From assembly GCA_013265495.1 (NCBI GenBank), contig MU058384.1:5824792-5888791 (forward strand): a stretch of 64,000 nucleotides of DNA, in the 5' to 3' direction. Below the pieces are notes generated by a model. It saw nothing but the letters and a program-made list of their open reading frames with translations, was not told the origin of the DNA and searched no databases. Shown here piece by piece: positions 63,586-64,000 of this stretch. The DNA is from Vicugna vicugna. Taxonomy: Eukaryota. The translations under genes and the position numbers were made by a program. The number at the start of each line of letters is the position of its first letter. Position 1 is the stretch's first letter.

Positions 63586-64000
63586 CTCCTTCTTTCATCT
63601 TCCATGGATAGAGAAATGTTCAAAAATGGAAAGGATTTCCAGTTATTCCTTGCGGTCCTGGGCCTCCAGCTTTGTAACACAAAAACAGAACATGTTGCTT
63701 CAAGTCTAAAAGCAAGGGATAAAAATAAAGAATACAATTTTGAGGTATCTGGTAAATAAAATTATTTAAAAAACATCTAAATTCAACAGTGAATTTTTTA
63801 CAAATCTCCAATAATAACCAAACGATTACAAACCAATAAAAGGTAGTTGTTGATTGTGTGGGGTTTTTTTTTTGGGGGGGAGGCGGGAGGGTTGGATGGG
63901 AGGGATGCGCGTTGGGGAGAGACAGGGACAAGAAAGAATCTGACCAAGTCTACTGCAAATTACAAAACTGGTATTTTGCTGATTTTTATTTAGCTGGGTA

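Noticed and set aside
51899..64000. TBPL1 first exon/promoter or an intronic miRNA ortholog
   Set aside because: No CpG island or recognisable exon, and no sequence I can match to a known miRNA.

Overview
Mammalian (not microbial) genomic DNA, most likely camelid: it carries several copies of a tRNA-derived SINE resembling the camelid vic-1 family and no Alu or Bov-tA copies that I can recognise. Two convergent, tail-to-tail protein-coding genes are present. SLC2A12/GLUT12 is on + (exons 2-5 at 6888-8228, 25923-26045, 29639-29771, 41397-41532; exon 1 lies upstream of the window; ~3.8 kb putative 3'UTR). TBPL1/TRF2 is on - (six coding exons, complete 186-aa CDS from 51854 down to 45816; the non-coding first exon is not recognisable here and probably lies beyond the window end). 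All introns are GT-AG and phases join correctly. The rest is intronic: ERV/MaLR LTRs, L1 and L2 fragments, MIRs, SINEs with target-site duplications (TSDs) and microsatellites. I see no new multi-gene system. Best leads: (i) an early TAG that clips about six residues off GLUT12 while the old frame survives behind it; (ii) inverted SINEs flanking the stop-free, 3n-length exon 2 (possible endless-ORF circRNA); (iii) face-to-face poly(A) signals 39 nt apart between the genes; (iv) an ATG-TGA start-stop element in the TBPL1 leader; (v) a perfect 21-bp hairpin and two perfect tandem duplications. Human-ortholog comparisons and repeat family names come from recall, not from a search; repeat edges are approximate unless TSDs are given.
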